Shown in pieces: positions 1 through 11,733 of a stretch of 64,000 nt of DNA. The position numbers and the translations under genes were made by a program. The notes beneath the pieces were generated by a model that was given only the letters and a program-made list of their open reading frames with translations, was not told the origin of the DNA and did no database searches. Source of the stretch: Schizosaccharomyces osmophilus (lineage: Eukaryota); the NCBI RefSeq assembly GCF_027921745.1, contig NC_079239.1, positions 620,001-684,000 on the forward strand, in the 5' to 3' direction. Numbering within the stretch: the first letter of the stretch is position 1; every line of letters begins with the position of its first letter.

Positions 1-14
1 TATTTCAATAGTAG

Positions 15-254
15 GTCTATTTGACTCGTCTGTTTCCATGCGTGTCTATAATTTACTAAGGTAAGATTTCCTTTTATTTTTACTATTTAAAAATTAACAA
101 AAATAGGGATTTGGATTGGGGTTTCTGTGTCTTCCGTAATGAACATCTTTCCTCAATTCCTGAATCTTTAGCAGCTCCTGGCAAAGCCAACCGAACTTTG
201 CTTTGCTTAAATCAAAAAAGTCAAAATATACGCTGGACTTGGAAAATAACTTGA
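15..254 (+). CDS. rpp40: 3' end (last two exons, 15-60 and 107-254) of a gene entering from the left edge; probably RNase P/MRP subunit Rpp40
   Basis: Not in the ORF track. TAG acceptor at 12-14, GTAAGA donor at 61, TTAAC branch and TAG acceptor at 104-106. Spliced frame reads LFDSSVSMRVYNLLRDLDWGFCVFRNEHLSS...WTWKIT*. The identity comes mainly from remembered synteny (rpp40 next to trl1 in S. pombe). Confidence 0.5.
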
Positions 255-399
255 AAATAGGACGATATTGGGAACATCGTGTACATTATTCTTAGTGAAT
301 AGAATGGTTATAATCAGCTATAATTATAAATAAATTGCGTAACCAAATATCCCAAAAAACCATATCCCAAATTTCATTACAAAAACTAAACTCTATACA

Positions 400-2769
400 T
401 TATTTCTTAGGGAGGGAGCGCAAAGTTCCTGTAATATTGACTGCAGGTTCGACATCCATTACATGAATTTCTGGTTCCTGTGATGCTTTCCCTGCTTTCA
501 GCCTCTCTAGCATTAAATTGGATTCAAATGCTTTGATAGAAGGCGAAGTAGTACCTAATGTTATGTGTAGATGAGGATTGACAGTTTTTCCACACCAGAC
601 ACTCTTCGAGTCAATGTCAACAGCAAAACACATTATTCTTCCATCCCATACGAGATTTCTAAGCGTAAAGTTCACTTGATCGATACCGTCATTTTTATTC
701 TCAAGTTGCTTAAGATATTGCTGCCATAAAATAGCTTTTTCGGGACCTAATGTTATGTGTGAACTGTGAATCATTGTAACATGAAAAAAATCTTGAAGGG
801 TATAAGAAGAAAACTTATCATCCCAGCTTATGCCCTTTGACCTAATTAATTCCTCCAAAATAGTTTTTACTTTATCTGAAGGAAAGCAGACCCCAAAATA
901 TTCAAGTTCGTTGGAGTTTTCTTCTCTCTTCAACGAGCCTCCTCCCATTTTTTTTGTGTAAGCAGGCACATAATCATTAACAGCATATTCCAAAGCTTGC
1001 TGGTATTCCTCCTCACGAGGACTGTGGGTTATCAAGTCGGGCATATGCTCGCGCATATAATCGACTATCAAGCGAGTATTTTCCAGGGATCCAGCATGCG
1101 GATCCAATTCTATAATATCATCATAACCTTGATCATGAGAAAATAATTCTGGATCAAACGGTTTGTACTGTTTGTAAAACATGTCTAAAATAGCATTTAC
1201 CTTTTCCACACCCTCCGATACTTTGATGCTTTGGTGACGATCACCTCGGTTTATAATTCGCTCTTGTACGAATGGACGAGTACTGGAGTTTTGCGTAAAA
1301 GGCAAAGCTACGTAACGGACACCATCTAATTCAGCTGAAACATCATTTCGAAGAGCACTCCTCATATTCGGAATATGATTGTTTCGATCAGCGAAAACAA
1401 TAGAATGACCATTTTGAAATTCGCTGACAATTGCACGTGCAAACCTCTTGGGTCCTCCTTTACCAGAAGGGATATTGTCGTTTTGAACAACCGGCCAGTT
1501 AAATAGCTTCTCCAAGATCTTAGCGACCGTCGTTTTCCCACAACCAATGGTAGCAATTGGAACTAGTAATGTGTAAGGCTTTTCACTACTCGACTCGATC
1601 GAAATAGTCATAGCGTCGAGTTTAGAGAGAAGTAAAAACTCTTCACGCAGAGATATTATACCTTTGTTGTTAAGATAAAGAGCCTTTAATTCAGGCTTTT
1701 CTTGGAACTTCCTCCTACAAAAGTTCACATATTCATTAGTAATTTTCTTGTACTTTACGTAATTTAGAGGTTTGTCGTGTATAAGCATTTTTGTAACCTC
1801 TCTCCATTGTCGAAACATGCCGTAGGGCTCATCAAACTTGTACTTGAAAAAGAAATCATTCGTTGGCTTGTGCTTTTCAGCTTGTGCAGTAGAATGACAA
1901 CGCACAACAAATCCCTCGACACTGCGACTGTTCCACTTTCCAGTCTTTGCAGCTTCCTCCAAGAATTGTTTCATGTCTTCAAATTTTTGAATGTAAAAGG
2001 AGTCAGTTTTCAAAAAACCCCAGACTTTCGCGAATGTGGATACGTCTTCTGATGATGCCGTGGTAAATTCAGGAACATTCAAGTTTAGACCATGTAAGTA
2101 CAAACCACGATGATCAGCTCGGTATGGAAGAATGTGTTCTTCAAAATCGTCATCACATAACTCTGCCACAGCCGTAACTTGGCGCTTAAAAAGTTCCTGG
2201 GCAAGTTCAGTCTTCGATTTACCAACCTTCCGTAAATGAGTTTCAAGCCACCGCTCTCCGGCTAACGCATGGGAGACGCTTTGGCCTTCAACAGCACCAA
2301 AAGAGTGCTTACTGGTAATGATGAGCTCGCCATTGGATAAAGCACTGATAAAAATGATACAGCCATTCTCCTTAACTGTCAGCTCATAAGGACCCTTTGT
2401 GTGTTCCCTCATAGACTTCCAAGTAGTGAGAGGAATCTCATCAATATTGAAAAACTTGTCATAGCCCCGGATAGCAATCTTTTGTTCCTTTGAGCTAGGA
2501 TCCTTATAGGTGAACAAACCACGAGCGCATGTTGGCAGACGTCTTTTTACACCGGTCGTACCGTCATACGTCTTCTTGCTATCGGATACGTTGATACGGT
2601 AAGCCTGTTCCCAAACCCTCCAGGATGTCAATTCATAATTTGTACCTGGAACATTAAAGGAGACGGAGCGTATGGTAGGCTTTTTTTCACCGAAAATTCC
2701 TACTTTCAAATCACGTAATCTACAAAGCTCTTCTACAAGTTCTTTTGGAGTAGCGAACGTATTCGACAT
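400..2769 (-). CDS. trl1: Fungal tRNA ligase Trl1 (ligase-kinase-cyclic phosphodiesterase)
   Basis: 789-aa ORF with ligase motifs RGYDKFFN, KENG and EGFVVR, kinase P-loop GCGKTT, and two 2H phosphodiesterase motifs (HVT, HIT). Confidence 0.95.
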   Translation of the reverse strand: MSNTFATPKELVEELCRLRDLKVGIFGEKKPTIRSVSFNVPGTNYELTSWRVWEQAYRINVSDSKKTYDGTTGVKRRLPTCARGLFTYKDPSSKEQKIAIRGYDKFFNIDEIPLTTWKSMREHTKGPYELTVKENGCIIFISALSNGELIITSKHSFGAVEGQSVSHALAGERWLETHLRKVGKSKTELAQELFKRQVTAVAELCDDDFEEHILPYRADHRGLYLHGLNLNVPEFTTASSEDVSTFAKVWGFLKTDSFYIQKFEDMKQFLEEAAKTGKWNSRSVEGFVVRCHSTAQAEKHKPTNDFFFKYKFDEPYGMFRQWREVTKMLIHDKPLNYVKYKKITNEYVNFCRRKFQEKPELKALYLNNKGIISLREEFLLLSKLDAMTISIESSSEKPYTLLVPIATIGCGKTTVAKILEKLFNWPVVQNDNIPSGKGGPKRFARAIVSEFQNGHSIVFADRNNHIPNMRSALRNDVSAELDGVRYVALPFTQNSSTRPFVQERIINRGDRHQSIKVSEGVEKVNAILDMFYKQYKPFDPELFSHDQGYDDIIELDPHAGSLENTRLIVDYMREHMPDLITHSPREEEYQQALEYAVNDYVPAYTKKMGGGSLKREENSNELEYFGVCFPSDKVKTILEELIRSKGISWDDKFSSYTLQDFFHVTMIHSSHITLGPEKAILWQQYLKQLENKNDGIDQVNFTLRNLVWDGRIMCFAVDIDSKSVWCGKTVNPHLHITLGTTSPSIKAFESNLMLERLKAGKASQEPEIHVMDVEPAVNITGTLRSLPKK

Positions 2770-3256
2770 TGTGCAGATTAAAAATTCTTGGACAACTTAC
2801 AAGAGTGAGCTCTGAGCCTAATAAACATCAATATTTAAACATAAACAACGCAATGTAGCAGCAAGCGAAAGAGCACAAATCACAAATCCCTCGTCCTAAG
2901 TAAGGATAAGTGTTTGGTTCCTAATAAAAACAAACGATCTCTGTCTTTCATTTAGCGTTGCTCGGCCATTGTCTCTAGCTCATTTATTGTCTTCCACAAG
3001 GGTCCGCTATATGATTCAACAAGTCATATCTATAAAGACCTTATACTTGTTTTATGAGGATTCAAAATCGCGTAATCCATCGCTATATCCACCATTCTTG
3101 TATCTCGTCAAGAAGGAGTTCTGCGTTGACGAGAGCTACATACCTATAGAATATAAATGAGGAATAACTAGAAAAAAAAATAATTAAAATAGAATTGAAG
3201 AAGCTTCGTTTGCACAGAAAGTTGAAAGGACATCAATTGTAGCATTTGTTTACGAA

Positions 3257-4249
3257 ATGACAGTACCTCGTAACGGTCTGATGAACGGCAGCAAAAGAAA
3301 ACCGGTTGATGTATGGATTGATTGTGACCCAGGGCACGACGATGTCGTTGCTTTGATGATTGCTGCATCTGCGGATCATTGTAACATTCTAGGATTGAGC
3401 ACCGTGCACGGCAACACGACTGTGGAAAACGCAACTCACAATGCTCTTTCAGTGATGGAGCTGTTAAAAAAAAATGTCGACGTTCATTCAGGCGCTGCAA
3501 AACCTTTGATGAGGCCATCTAAGCTGGCTACTCACATCCACGGTGTAAATGGACTGGCAGACATTGCTCTTTTACCAGATCAACCGAAGAAACGAGCTGC
3601 TCCTGATGCGGTGGTAGCAATGCATCAAGCAATTTCTCAAAATCCTGTTCCAGTAACACTCGTTGCGACGGGCCCTTTGACAAACGTCGCTTTAATGCTG
3701 GCCACTTACCCAAAAGTGACCGAAAACATCGAACGACTTGTTTTTATGGGTGGAAGTACGGGAATTGGAAACATCACTTCACAAGCTGAATTCAATATGT
3801 TTGCTGACCCAGAGGCTGCAAAGCTAGTCCTTGAAACTTCTTCACTTGTCGGGAAACTTTATATGATTCCACTGGACGTAACGCATAACGTTTTGATGGA
3901 TTCTTCGATCATGACAAAATTACAGCAGCATGCAAGTCCCATTGCTGAAACCATACTTGAACTTATGACCGTCTTTCAGGCCACTTATGAAACTGTCTAT
4001 GGATTCAAAAATGGTGTTCCTGTACACGACGCCTGTGCAATTGTTTATGCATTATGGCCCGAAATTATGACCTCAAGGCTTATGCATGCCACTATTAGCC
4101 TTGACCACCTGACTCTTGGTCGAACAGTTTGCGATATTTGGTCGCAGCAGACCCAGTTTTTCCCAAACGTTCACATTGTTCTTAATGCTGATGTTGCTGC
4201 TTTTTGGAAGTTGTTTACGCTTATTGTCGACAAACTTGATGCCTTGTGA
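3257..4249 (+). CDS. urh2: Inosine/uridine-preferring nucleoside hydrolase
   Basis: N-terminal DCDPGHDD motif, plus TGPLTN, AEFN and HDA motifs of the IU-NH family. Confidence 0.9.
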   Translation: MTVPRNGLMNGSKRKPVDVWIDCDPGHDDVVALMIAASADHCNILGLSTVHGNTTVENATHNALSVMELLKKNVDVHSGAAKPLMRPSKLATHIHGVNGLADIALLPDQPKKRAAPDAVVAMHQAISQNPVPVTLVATGPLTNVALMLATYPKVTENIERLVFMGGSTGIGNITSQAEFNMFADPEAAKLVLETSSLVGKLYMIPLDVTHNVLMDSSIMTKLQQHASPIAETILELMTVFQATYETVYGFKNGVPVHDACAIVYALWPEIMTSRLMHATISLDHLTLGRTVCDIWSQQTQFFPNVHIVLNADVAAFWKLFTLIVDKLDAL

Positions 4250-4771
4250 GTTGGTTCAGTAATGCGTTTTATGATGTTCGTTCATCACTTTTTGCACAAA
4301 TGCTTTTTCTTCATAACTTTACACACAGTTTCTGCAAAAAGTGATTGTATGAATTTGGCGGGACTTGCTAAGACATAATTGGGTGAAGTTGCTCCTTATA
4401 CAATTTTTCTTCGTGGTTCTTCGAGATTTTTTTAAAAAAAACTTTTATTAAACTGACGGTCATCATCTTTCCATGAGGATTATAGTGCTATCATTTTAAC
4501 TATTATGATTAATCGTCGTCTAATTTTACCATTCCAAAATCTCCTTTTAATGAGATTTCCTATCATTATGAAATGCGAATAAGAAACAAAACCTGTAGCC
4601 GACTCCGAGTATTGGGCGCAAAATTAAATAGCAAAGTCTAACATATAATGACAGAAAGGAGTAAAGCCAGACTTACTTTCAGATTCTTTAGAGAAAGAAG
4701 TGATCCAAAACATATAAATTACCATGCAACAATATCCAGTTCTCAAACCGCTTTGTAGAACTATTTGATGC

Positions 4772-5476
4772 TTATGCTTCACCTGAAGAATTTGAATTTT
4801 CGCTAGCGGTTTTTTCAGACATAGCATCTGCCTCAGCTGATTCTTCCTTTTTGATGATTTCACTTCCGCCCTCTGATTCAACTGCTGTTTCTTCTGGCTC
4901 TGGCTCTGGCTCTGGCTCTTGCTCCTGCTCCTGCTCCTGCTCCTGCTCTTCCTCTTCTTCTTTGACTGATTCGGCGGCCTTTTTCGACTCCTTTGTCTTT
5001 GATTTCTTTGAAGCTTGACGAGTATTTTCAGTGTTTTCAGAATTCTGGGGGGGACGACGAGTACGGGGGCGTTTTGGTTTTCGTTCGGCTTTGATAGGTG
5101 GAGCATCAGGAATCTTTTCCACAATGTCTTGTAAAAAGTCAAATTGTTCAACACTTTTCACCGCATGTTTCAAATGGGAAACGGTTACACGCTTTGCTTG
5201 GTGTAAACGTGCTTGTTGGCAAGATTCATTAATTATGCTTTGCATAAACATTTCTAATGCTTTAGACATAATGACGGGGGTAACCTGAGCTACCTTGCCA
5301 ACATCCTGGTCAGCTTGCATAATCTTTTTTATACGAGCGACAGGAAACCGACTTTTCCAAGAAGCTGCTGCGGCAGCGGCTGCCGTGGAGGTAGCATTAG
5401 TAGGAGATTCTTCTGCTGCGTTGGAGGAAACAGAAGGCTTTGTTTCTTCCTCACGCGCAGGTTCGACTTCAGTCAT
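4772..5476 (-). CDS. bur6: Histone-fold NC2-alpha/DRAP1 (Bur6) subunit; the S. pombe orthologue was historically called dpb3
   Basis: [34 protein letters not shown] histone fold and acidic tail. Start placed at MTEVEP (5476) rather than the upstream in-frame ATG at 5512. Confidence 0.85.
   Translation of the reverse strand: MTEVEPAREEETKPSVSSNAAEESPTNATSTAAAAAAASWKSRFPVARIKKIMQADQDVGKVAQVTPVIMSKALEMFMQSIINESCQQARLHQAKRVTVSHLKHAVKSVEQFDFLQDIVEKIPDAPPIKAERKPKRPRTRRPPQNSENTENTRQASKKSKTKESKKAAESVKEEEEEQEQEQEQEQEPEPEPEPEETAVESEGGSEIIKKEESAEADAMSEKTASENSNSSGEA
4893..4960. repeat. Coding hexanucleotide tandem repeats (TCTGGC)4 and (TGCTCC)4 encoding [17 protein letters not shown] in Bur6
   Basis: Read directly from 4893-4916 and 4920-4943, followed by a Glu-codon run. 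Confidence 0.9.
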
Positions 5477-6701
5477 GAAGAATATAAATGATTTTATAAA
5501 ATAATAGGGCAAAAGGAACTTTAATAACAGAACGATAAACGGAAAAGGCAGCTAAAGGATATAGGGAGATTTGATACCAATTACCTAGTTCCTTTATTTG
5601 TCGAAATTTTGACTAGCAAAGGAAATTTGCTAGATTGAATAAAAACTTTTTTTTCTGGGTCCAAACTTTGCCAAGCGAAGTATAAAAGAGAATTTAAACT
5701 TGAAAATTCTACAAGGAAATCGGATTTTTTTTGGTGCAAGTGTGGTTGGTAAAGAGTTTACCCATAGGGAACTTTTCTTGGTTATTTATATGCGAAATAG
5801 CTGCATATAAACAATTGTTATCCATGTAACTACTTCTAATAGAATAAAAAGTAACATATAAAGTTGCAATGGGATCGAAAGAATGTCGTATATTTTTGGT
5901 TCGAAGTCAAAGCCGCCTTTTACTGACGAACTTGTAAAGAATTATAATATTGAAAATCTACAGACTAGTGCTATGGATTTCTGCGATTTCTCTAGAAGTC
6001 AATTCCTGTAGCTTTTCCTACAACTTCATATCGACATCTACGGATTTTGTTGACTCGCTTTGTAAGATGAAACGCAATCGATCATATTTCTTTGTGTATT
6101 CAGTACAGTGATCAATGCAAAAACCGAAGTTTGATTTCCTTTGAAAGTATTTTACTTCCAACAGGAGTAAACTCTAGAAACTTTGCTATGCTTTATTGAC
6201 AGTGTACCAAATGAGGCCTTACTTGTGCTCCTACACACCTTGTTATTGTAGCTAAGACTGTTGTGTAAACAAATGAAAATATAAATGCTCTAATTTGATT
6301 ATTAAAACATAACGTATTCCACTTCTTTATACTATATCTAATTTCGTTTTCTATTTCAAAGCACCCAGCAAACACACGTACCAGTTCTTACGGGAGCTGT
6401 TGAATCTGCATAGTGAAAAAATTCATAGATCAAGGACCTTTTAGTAAGCAGTAAAAGCTATTCTTCATTCATTTGATAATTCGGTCCAACTCTTGCTATA
6501 TTAAGTCCTTGAGTGTTCATTTCAATCACCTTTGAACGGTAAGTGTAAATGTTTGATTCGGATAGACGTATATATATTTTTTTCTTCATGAAAGTCCTGG
6601 ATTCAATAAAGTAGGTTTCGTCGCCTTTCTATATCTTTACAAACATTACGAACGAGACAGTTGTTAACAAACATAGAAGAATATCTTTACTTTCAATTGC
6701 G

Positions 6702-7145
6702 ATGAGTTACCCAAAGCCAAGAATGAAGCGCATGCTTCGACAACATGCGGAAAGGCCCATTGATGATTCCGCTGTAGATCTGGTAAGGAACTAAAACGAA
6801 ACGAAAAGTGGAACTGGAAACAAGTGTGAATTCCTCTGATTTGTCTGAAAGTTTAAAGGATATAGGTTTCTAACTACTGAGGATTTTTTCTAGATTTACC
6901 TAGATTATTGTCTTTTTTTACAATCGCTCTTAAAAGAAGCCAACATTGAAGCAGAACGAACCGGCGAAAAGAAAGTCCAGCCAGTTCATATTCAAAATGT
7001 CAAACGGGTATGCGGCAAAAAATAGAGTCATTCATAATTCTTCTATCAAATGAATTACGTTCATATCTAAAAGAGGAAAACTAGCAAGGAAGCATGCTTT
7101 TGCTAACACAGAACTTAGAAAATTTTGGCCCGCTACCGAGGGTAA
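6702..7145 (+). CDS. wip1: CENP-W kinetochore histone-fold protein (exons 6702-6782, 6894-7007, 7119-7145; 73 aa)
   Basis: Not in the ORF track. Spliced product [73 protein letters not shown] has the CENP-W pattern (YL.Y.LFL..L..EA and a C-terminal RG). Donors GTAAGG and GTATGC, CTAAC branch points. Confidence 0.85.
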
Positions 7146-7274
7146 GCAAATATTCATAGCAGTCATAAGGAATAATCAAAAAAGATGCCCCGATAGAAAC
7201 TCCATGGTCACTTTGAAATGAAGGTGAAACAGATAAGTGCCAGGTTCGCTTTACGAGGCTTCGATTCATTTGCA

Positions 7275-8067
7275 TTACATGTCCGGTCTGCTGCTCAATA
7301 CACGGGTGATACATCCAATCCCATTGACTTGAACAATCTAATATATCAGTCAGTTTGTGTTCATTTCCAATTCCACTAAAACGTTGTGGAACAAAGCATA
7401 CCTTTTCGTGCCAATTTAACAAGACAGAAGGATTGTACTCTTGAGGATTCGCTAGTGCGCGATAAATAAAGTTCATAATGTTGTCTGAATCCTCGGTGCT
7501 GCATTGTTTTAAAAATCCTACAATATCCGTGGACCGGATGTAGCTTAACAAGTCTACAAAGGCGGATAAATATTGTTGCTGAAGTCAGGTTAATAACTGT
7601 TCGAGGAACCAAAGTAGAAATAATATATAGCATAAAGTAGTCCATTCTAAATGAACATTGAATCCACGAATTTCGGATACATGACCATGACATAGCTTCA
7701 TAGAGACATTTTTGTATAGAGTCGTCAATAGCTACAAAACTAAATGCCATGTTTCATTCTCATCTCCATTCATCGTTAAATCAGCTTTACTTACTCTAGC
7801 TTCCTGAACATCATCTCCATAGGGTACATAAGACAACAAGGTTCGTAACCCTTCCATGGCATTTCCACTGTATCAATTTTTGTTAGCAAGTAAAGAAAAA
7901 TGCTTTAAAGCTGTGACTTACGCTTGAATCGTCGATCGAGCTTGAGGAACTAACTGAGAAATCGCAGCTTGCACCTGTTCCGAAGATTCTTGGCGAGGAG
8001 CAAACAAATCTTGTTCTGTGAGGACAGGCTCTGTAACAGAGTCTACATCTTGCATTCGAAATGACAT
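7275..8067 (-). CDS. arc5: Arp2/3 complex subunit ARPC5 (4 exons)
   Basis: Rebuilt by hand: [21 protein letters not shown]..., [38 protein letters not shown]...MNFIYRAL...[22 protein letters not shown]. Donors GTAAGT and GTATGC. Confidence 0.9.
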
Positions 8068-8942
8068 GGTTCAAGCACTAATGAAGGGATTGAATGGAAT
8101 TGACAAAATACGGCTCTTTGAAGAGCAGTAGAGCATAACAGACGTAGTACTAAAAGTAAGCTCTTCCTATAACTAAATACATAAAAATCAAAGAAAAAAA
8201 ACAAATACAAGGTGTGAAACTTTTAATTTCTTTCAAATCCGACCTTTTTTGTTGGGACAAAGCATATATAAGTTTGACCATGCACTTTCAACTTCACCAG
8301 TACTCCATAGACCAGTATTGTAGATGATTGTTTTTATTGCTAACAGACAATCGTCTCTACCTGTGGTCTTAGAATAAGATCTGAATATCTTGTAGGTATA
8401 TGAGCTTGCTTTTCTGCCCTCGTAGACCTATGGTAATTCAGAAGATATGTTTTCCATAGAGATTCATGTGTGTTGTTGAAATGTAATTGAGATAAGAATA
8501 AATGAAAAGAGAAAGTTCCATATAAATATGAATGCAGTTTTTGATGTGAATCAACAGCGTAGCAAGTAGTAAACGCAACTATGGATATCAGTGGATCCTT
8601 GAAGATGTGACAGGAATTAGGACTAATACAAGCGTGGAATCGTAGAATAAATGATTTGTCCATGCTGTAGAAGAAAACTTTCTTTGATTTCAGTGAAACA
8701 CGAAGCGAAACTTCATTTACCAAAAGTATTCTCGAAAAAGCATTGTAATATAATCTTAGAAGAGGCTAGCTGCCATAAATTACAATACCTACGTTGATTT
8801 CACAAGAACAGAATCTATCAATACTGTTGGTATTATGTCGATTGATTTCTAGATGGTTTAAATTTTGTTAATTTGTTTTAATTTGTTTTTCTTGTTTTTT
8901 ACATTAGGCGCTGTTTGACCAAACATACACGAAACTTCCAGT

Positions 8943-9694
8943 ATGCCTGTTCATGGGTACGCAGTTTGCATGCGATTTCTGCTTCAAAAGTTGCCTTGAA
9001 ACTTTTTGGCATTTCGCTTTTCTTCGCTTTTAAATTGGCTAATCACTCAGACTTGTTTATTATACAACCCCTTCTATGGCTACCTTCTTGGGACCAGCAC
9101 AAGATTATCTTGTAAAGTCATTTTTGGCTCAATATATGAGTACGTTACTTATTCACGACAACGAACTAATGTCCGGCAGAAAAATGGATCGTTCAGTATA
9201 AACTCTATCGGAATGTCCTTTCCCCAAAGAGTTTGGAATTGTTAAAGCAAAACATCCATCCCTATATGTATGCGTGTGTCGATGAAATGACCACCGTTGA
9301 AGCAGAGCCAGCATTGGAAGACATTATCATACGTACAAAATTGTGGACATTTCGCCAAACGTTTAACATAGAGGGAGCGATTTATGAGGTTGGAGACTTC
9401 ACAGTGGCTGTTGCCAATGTTCTTCAGAAGTCAACATGGAAAGGAATCGTTTTCCACGTTACTTATGATGGTTCTGACGACGTCGATACTGCTCGGCCCA
9501 TCCTCCAAGAGTTTTTTGATATTTGCTTCTTCAAAAATGCTTCAGCACCACCCCCTGTGTATGAAAACTATTTTTACCATTCCAGACATTCTATTGATCC
9601 TAAACTCTTTCTTGAAATTTTCAAGCACAGAGTCGATATTTCTACCCCGTCTAGTTTATCTCAGGTGAAGTCCGAAGCCAGTCCTGTTGGTTGA
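8943..9694 (+). CDS. med20: Mediator subunit Med20 (3 exons)
   Basis: MPVHG|LVYY... start with GTACGC and GTACGT introns joining in frame to the 9233-9694 ORF (IEGAIYEVGDFTV...KGIVFHVTY). Syntenic position. Confidence 0.8.
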
Positions 9695-9933
9695 AAATAC
9701 GTTCATTGTTTTATATATTGATCTTTTATACCTTGTACGTTGGTTTTGTATGCTTACACTATTCTTCCTTTCTTTGTTTCCCTTCTTTGTACCCTTAATC
9801 ATGTTTACCTATAGACTTTTCGATTAAATGAATTTTACATTATATTAAGTATCCCAAACAAAAATTATTAGTCCTTTTTCCTTTCTAAAACCATTCAACC
9901 ACCCATATAGGCAGTTTTTTGAGGGTGCAAAGC

Positions 9934-11733
9934 TTAATCCAGAGAGTCAGTAATAGCACCCTTGGAAGCAGTACTGACATTGCGAGAGTACTTCAAAAGA
10001 GTGCCTTGTTGATACTTGAAAGGAGGAGCTCTCCAAGCTTGACGGCGACAAGCCATTTCTTGCTCGTCAACCACCAAGTTCAAAGTGTTTTTTATGGCGT
10101 TAATTTCGATAATGTCACCGTCTTTTACGAGAGCAATGGGGCCACCAGCTTGAGCTTCGGGATCGACGTGACCGATCAAAAATCCGTGAGAACCACCGCT
10201 GAAACGTCCGTCAGTCAAAAGGGCAACGTCCTTACCGAGTCCGGCACCCATGATAGCACTAGAAGGCTTCAACATTTCAGGCATACCAGGGCCACCCTTA
10301 GGACCTTCAAAACGAATAACGATTACAGTCTTTTCACCCTTCTTGAATTCACCGCGTTCCAAAGCGCTGATAAAATCAGCTTCGGCATCGAACACACGAG
10401 CCTTACCACGGAATTCTAATCCCTCTTTTCCAGTGATCTTTGCTACGGATCCTTCGGGTGCCAAACTGCCACGGAGAATTCGCAAGTGACCTTCAGTCTT
10501 CATAGGAGCACTTAAAGGTTTGATAATTTTTTGACCTTCTTGCAAAGGCTTGGCCTCGCGCAAGTTTTCAGCGAGTGTCTTACCGGTAACAGTCATAGTG
10601 GAACCATCAATAAGACCTTCAGCATGAAGGTATTTAAGGACGGCAGGGATACCACCAATCTTAAACAAGTCTGCCATAACATACTTACCGCTAGGCTTCA
10701 TGTCAGCGATGAAAGGAGTACGGTTGCTGACAGCTTGGAAATCGTCCAAAGTCAAAGTAATACCTACGGACTTGGCAATGGCAATCAAATGTAAAACAAC
10801 GTTAGTAGAACCTCCCAAAGCCATTGTCAATACGATGGCATTTTCAAATGCCTTTCGAGTCATAATGTCGCTCGGTCTTATATCTTCAACCATAAGGCGC
10901 TTGATGGCATCGCCAGCAGCTTCACATTCAGCAAACTTTTCAGGGGTACCAGCAGGGAAAGATGAAGAACCGGGCAAAGTCATACCGATGACTTCGGCAC
11001 AGCTTGCGATGGTATTAGCAGTGTACATACCACCACAGGCACCGCCTCCAGGGCAAGCGTGACGAATGATATCATGACGAGTTTCCTCGTTGATTTGACC
11101 CGAGATAAACTGACCATAAGATTGGAAAGCAGAAACCAAATCGATGGGGGCATTGTTCATGCAGGAAGAATGACCAGGGAGAATGGTACCACCGTATACC
11201 ATGATACTAGGGCGATTGACACGGCCCATGGCAATTAAGCAACCAGGCATATTCTTGTCACAACCTGGAATGGAAATGTTGGCATCGTACCATTGACCTT
11301 GCATGACAGTTTCAATAGAATCGGCGATAATTTCACGAGATTGCAAACTATAACGCATACCACTGGTACCCATGGAAATACCGTCACTTACACCAATAGT
11401 ATTAAATTGAAAGCCAGTAAGGCCAGCCTTTTTGACACCTTCTTTAACTCTGCGGCCAAGATCTAATAAATGCATATTACAAGGGTTACCCTCGTACCAA
11501 CAGCTGGCAATACCAACCTGAGGATCTTCTATATCGGTCTCGGTCAGGCCGGTAGCGTATAACATGGCTTGAGAAGCACCTTGAGACTTGGGCCCAGTAA
11601 CCGTTCCACTAAACTTGTTAAGCTTTTGCTCTTCGAAAACTGAAGCAGAGGTTTTAAAGGTACGAGTGTTGAAAACAGCACGTCTTGCAGCAGCCACAGA
11701 TGCCTGGGCGCGAACCAACTTGTTCAAAATCAT
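9934..11733 (-). CDS. ilv3: Mitochondrial dihydroxy-acid dehydratase
   Basis: [37 protein letters not shown] and TDGRFSGG motifs, with a basic presequence. Confidence 0.97.
   Translation of the reverse strand: MILNKLVRAQASVAAARRAVFNTRTFKTSASVFEEQKLNKFSGTVTGPKSQGASQAMLYATGLTETDIEDPQVGIASCWYEGNPCNMHLLDLGRRVKEGVKKAGLTGFQFNTIGVSDGISMGTSGMRYSLQSREIIADSIETVMQGQWYDANISIPGCDKNMPGCLIAMGRVNRPSIMVYGGTILPGHSSCMNNAPIDLVSAFQSYGQFISGQINEETRHDIIRHACPGGGACGGMYTANTIASCAEVIGMTLPGSSSFPAGTPEKFAECEAAGDAIKRLMVEDIRPSDIMTRKAFENAIVLTMALGGSTNVVLHLIAIAKSVGITLTLDDFQAVSNRTPFIADMKPSGKYVMADLFKIGGIPAVLKYLHAEGLIDGSTMTVTGKTLAENLREAKPLQEGQKIIKPLSAPMKTEGHLRILRGSLAPEGSVAKITGKEGLEFRGKARVFDAEADFISALERGEFKKGEKTVIVIRFEGPKGGPGMPEMLKPSSAIMGAGLGKDVALLTDGRFSGGSHGFLIGHVDPEAQAGGPIALVKDGDIIEINAIKNTLNLVVDEQEMACRRQAWRAPPFKYQQGTLLKYSRNVSTASKGAITDSLD

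Noticed and set aside
4624..5154. 176-aa alternative-frame ORF with RSRSRS/QSQSQ repeats
   Set aside because: It is the Bur6 EQ/EP repeat read in another frame, not an SR protein.
5898..5908. GGTTCGAAGTC, resembling a Pol III B box
   Set aside because: Imperfect match with no A box or cloverleaf nearby; not called as tRNA.
5950..6590. Possible spliced minus-strand gene between bur6 and wip1
   Set aside because: Donor-like hexamers exist, but I could not build a continuous frame with branch points.
9919..11062. Several long antisense ORFs over ilv3 (also over gdi1, gdt2 and the Clp1-family gene)
   Set aside because: Shadow ORFs expected opposite codon-biased genes; no independent motifs.
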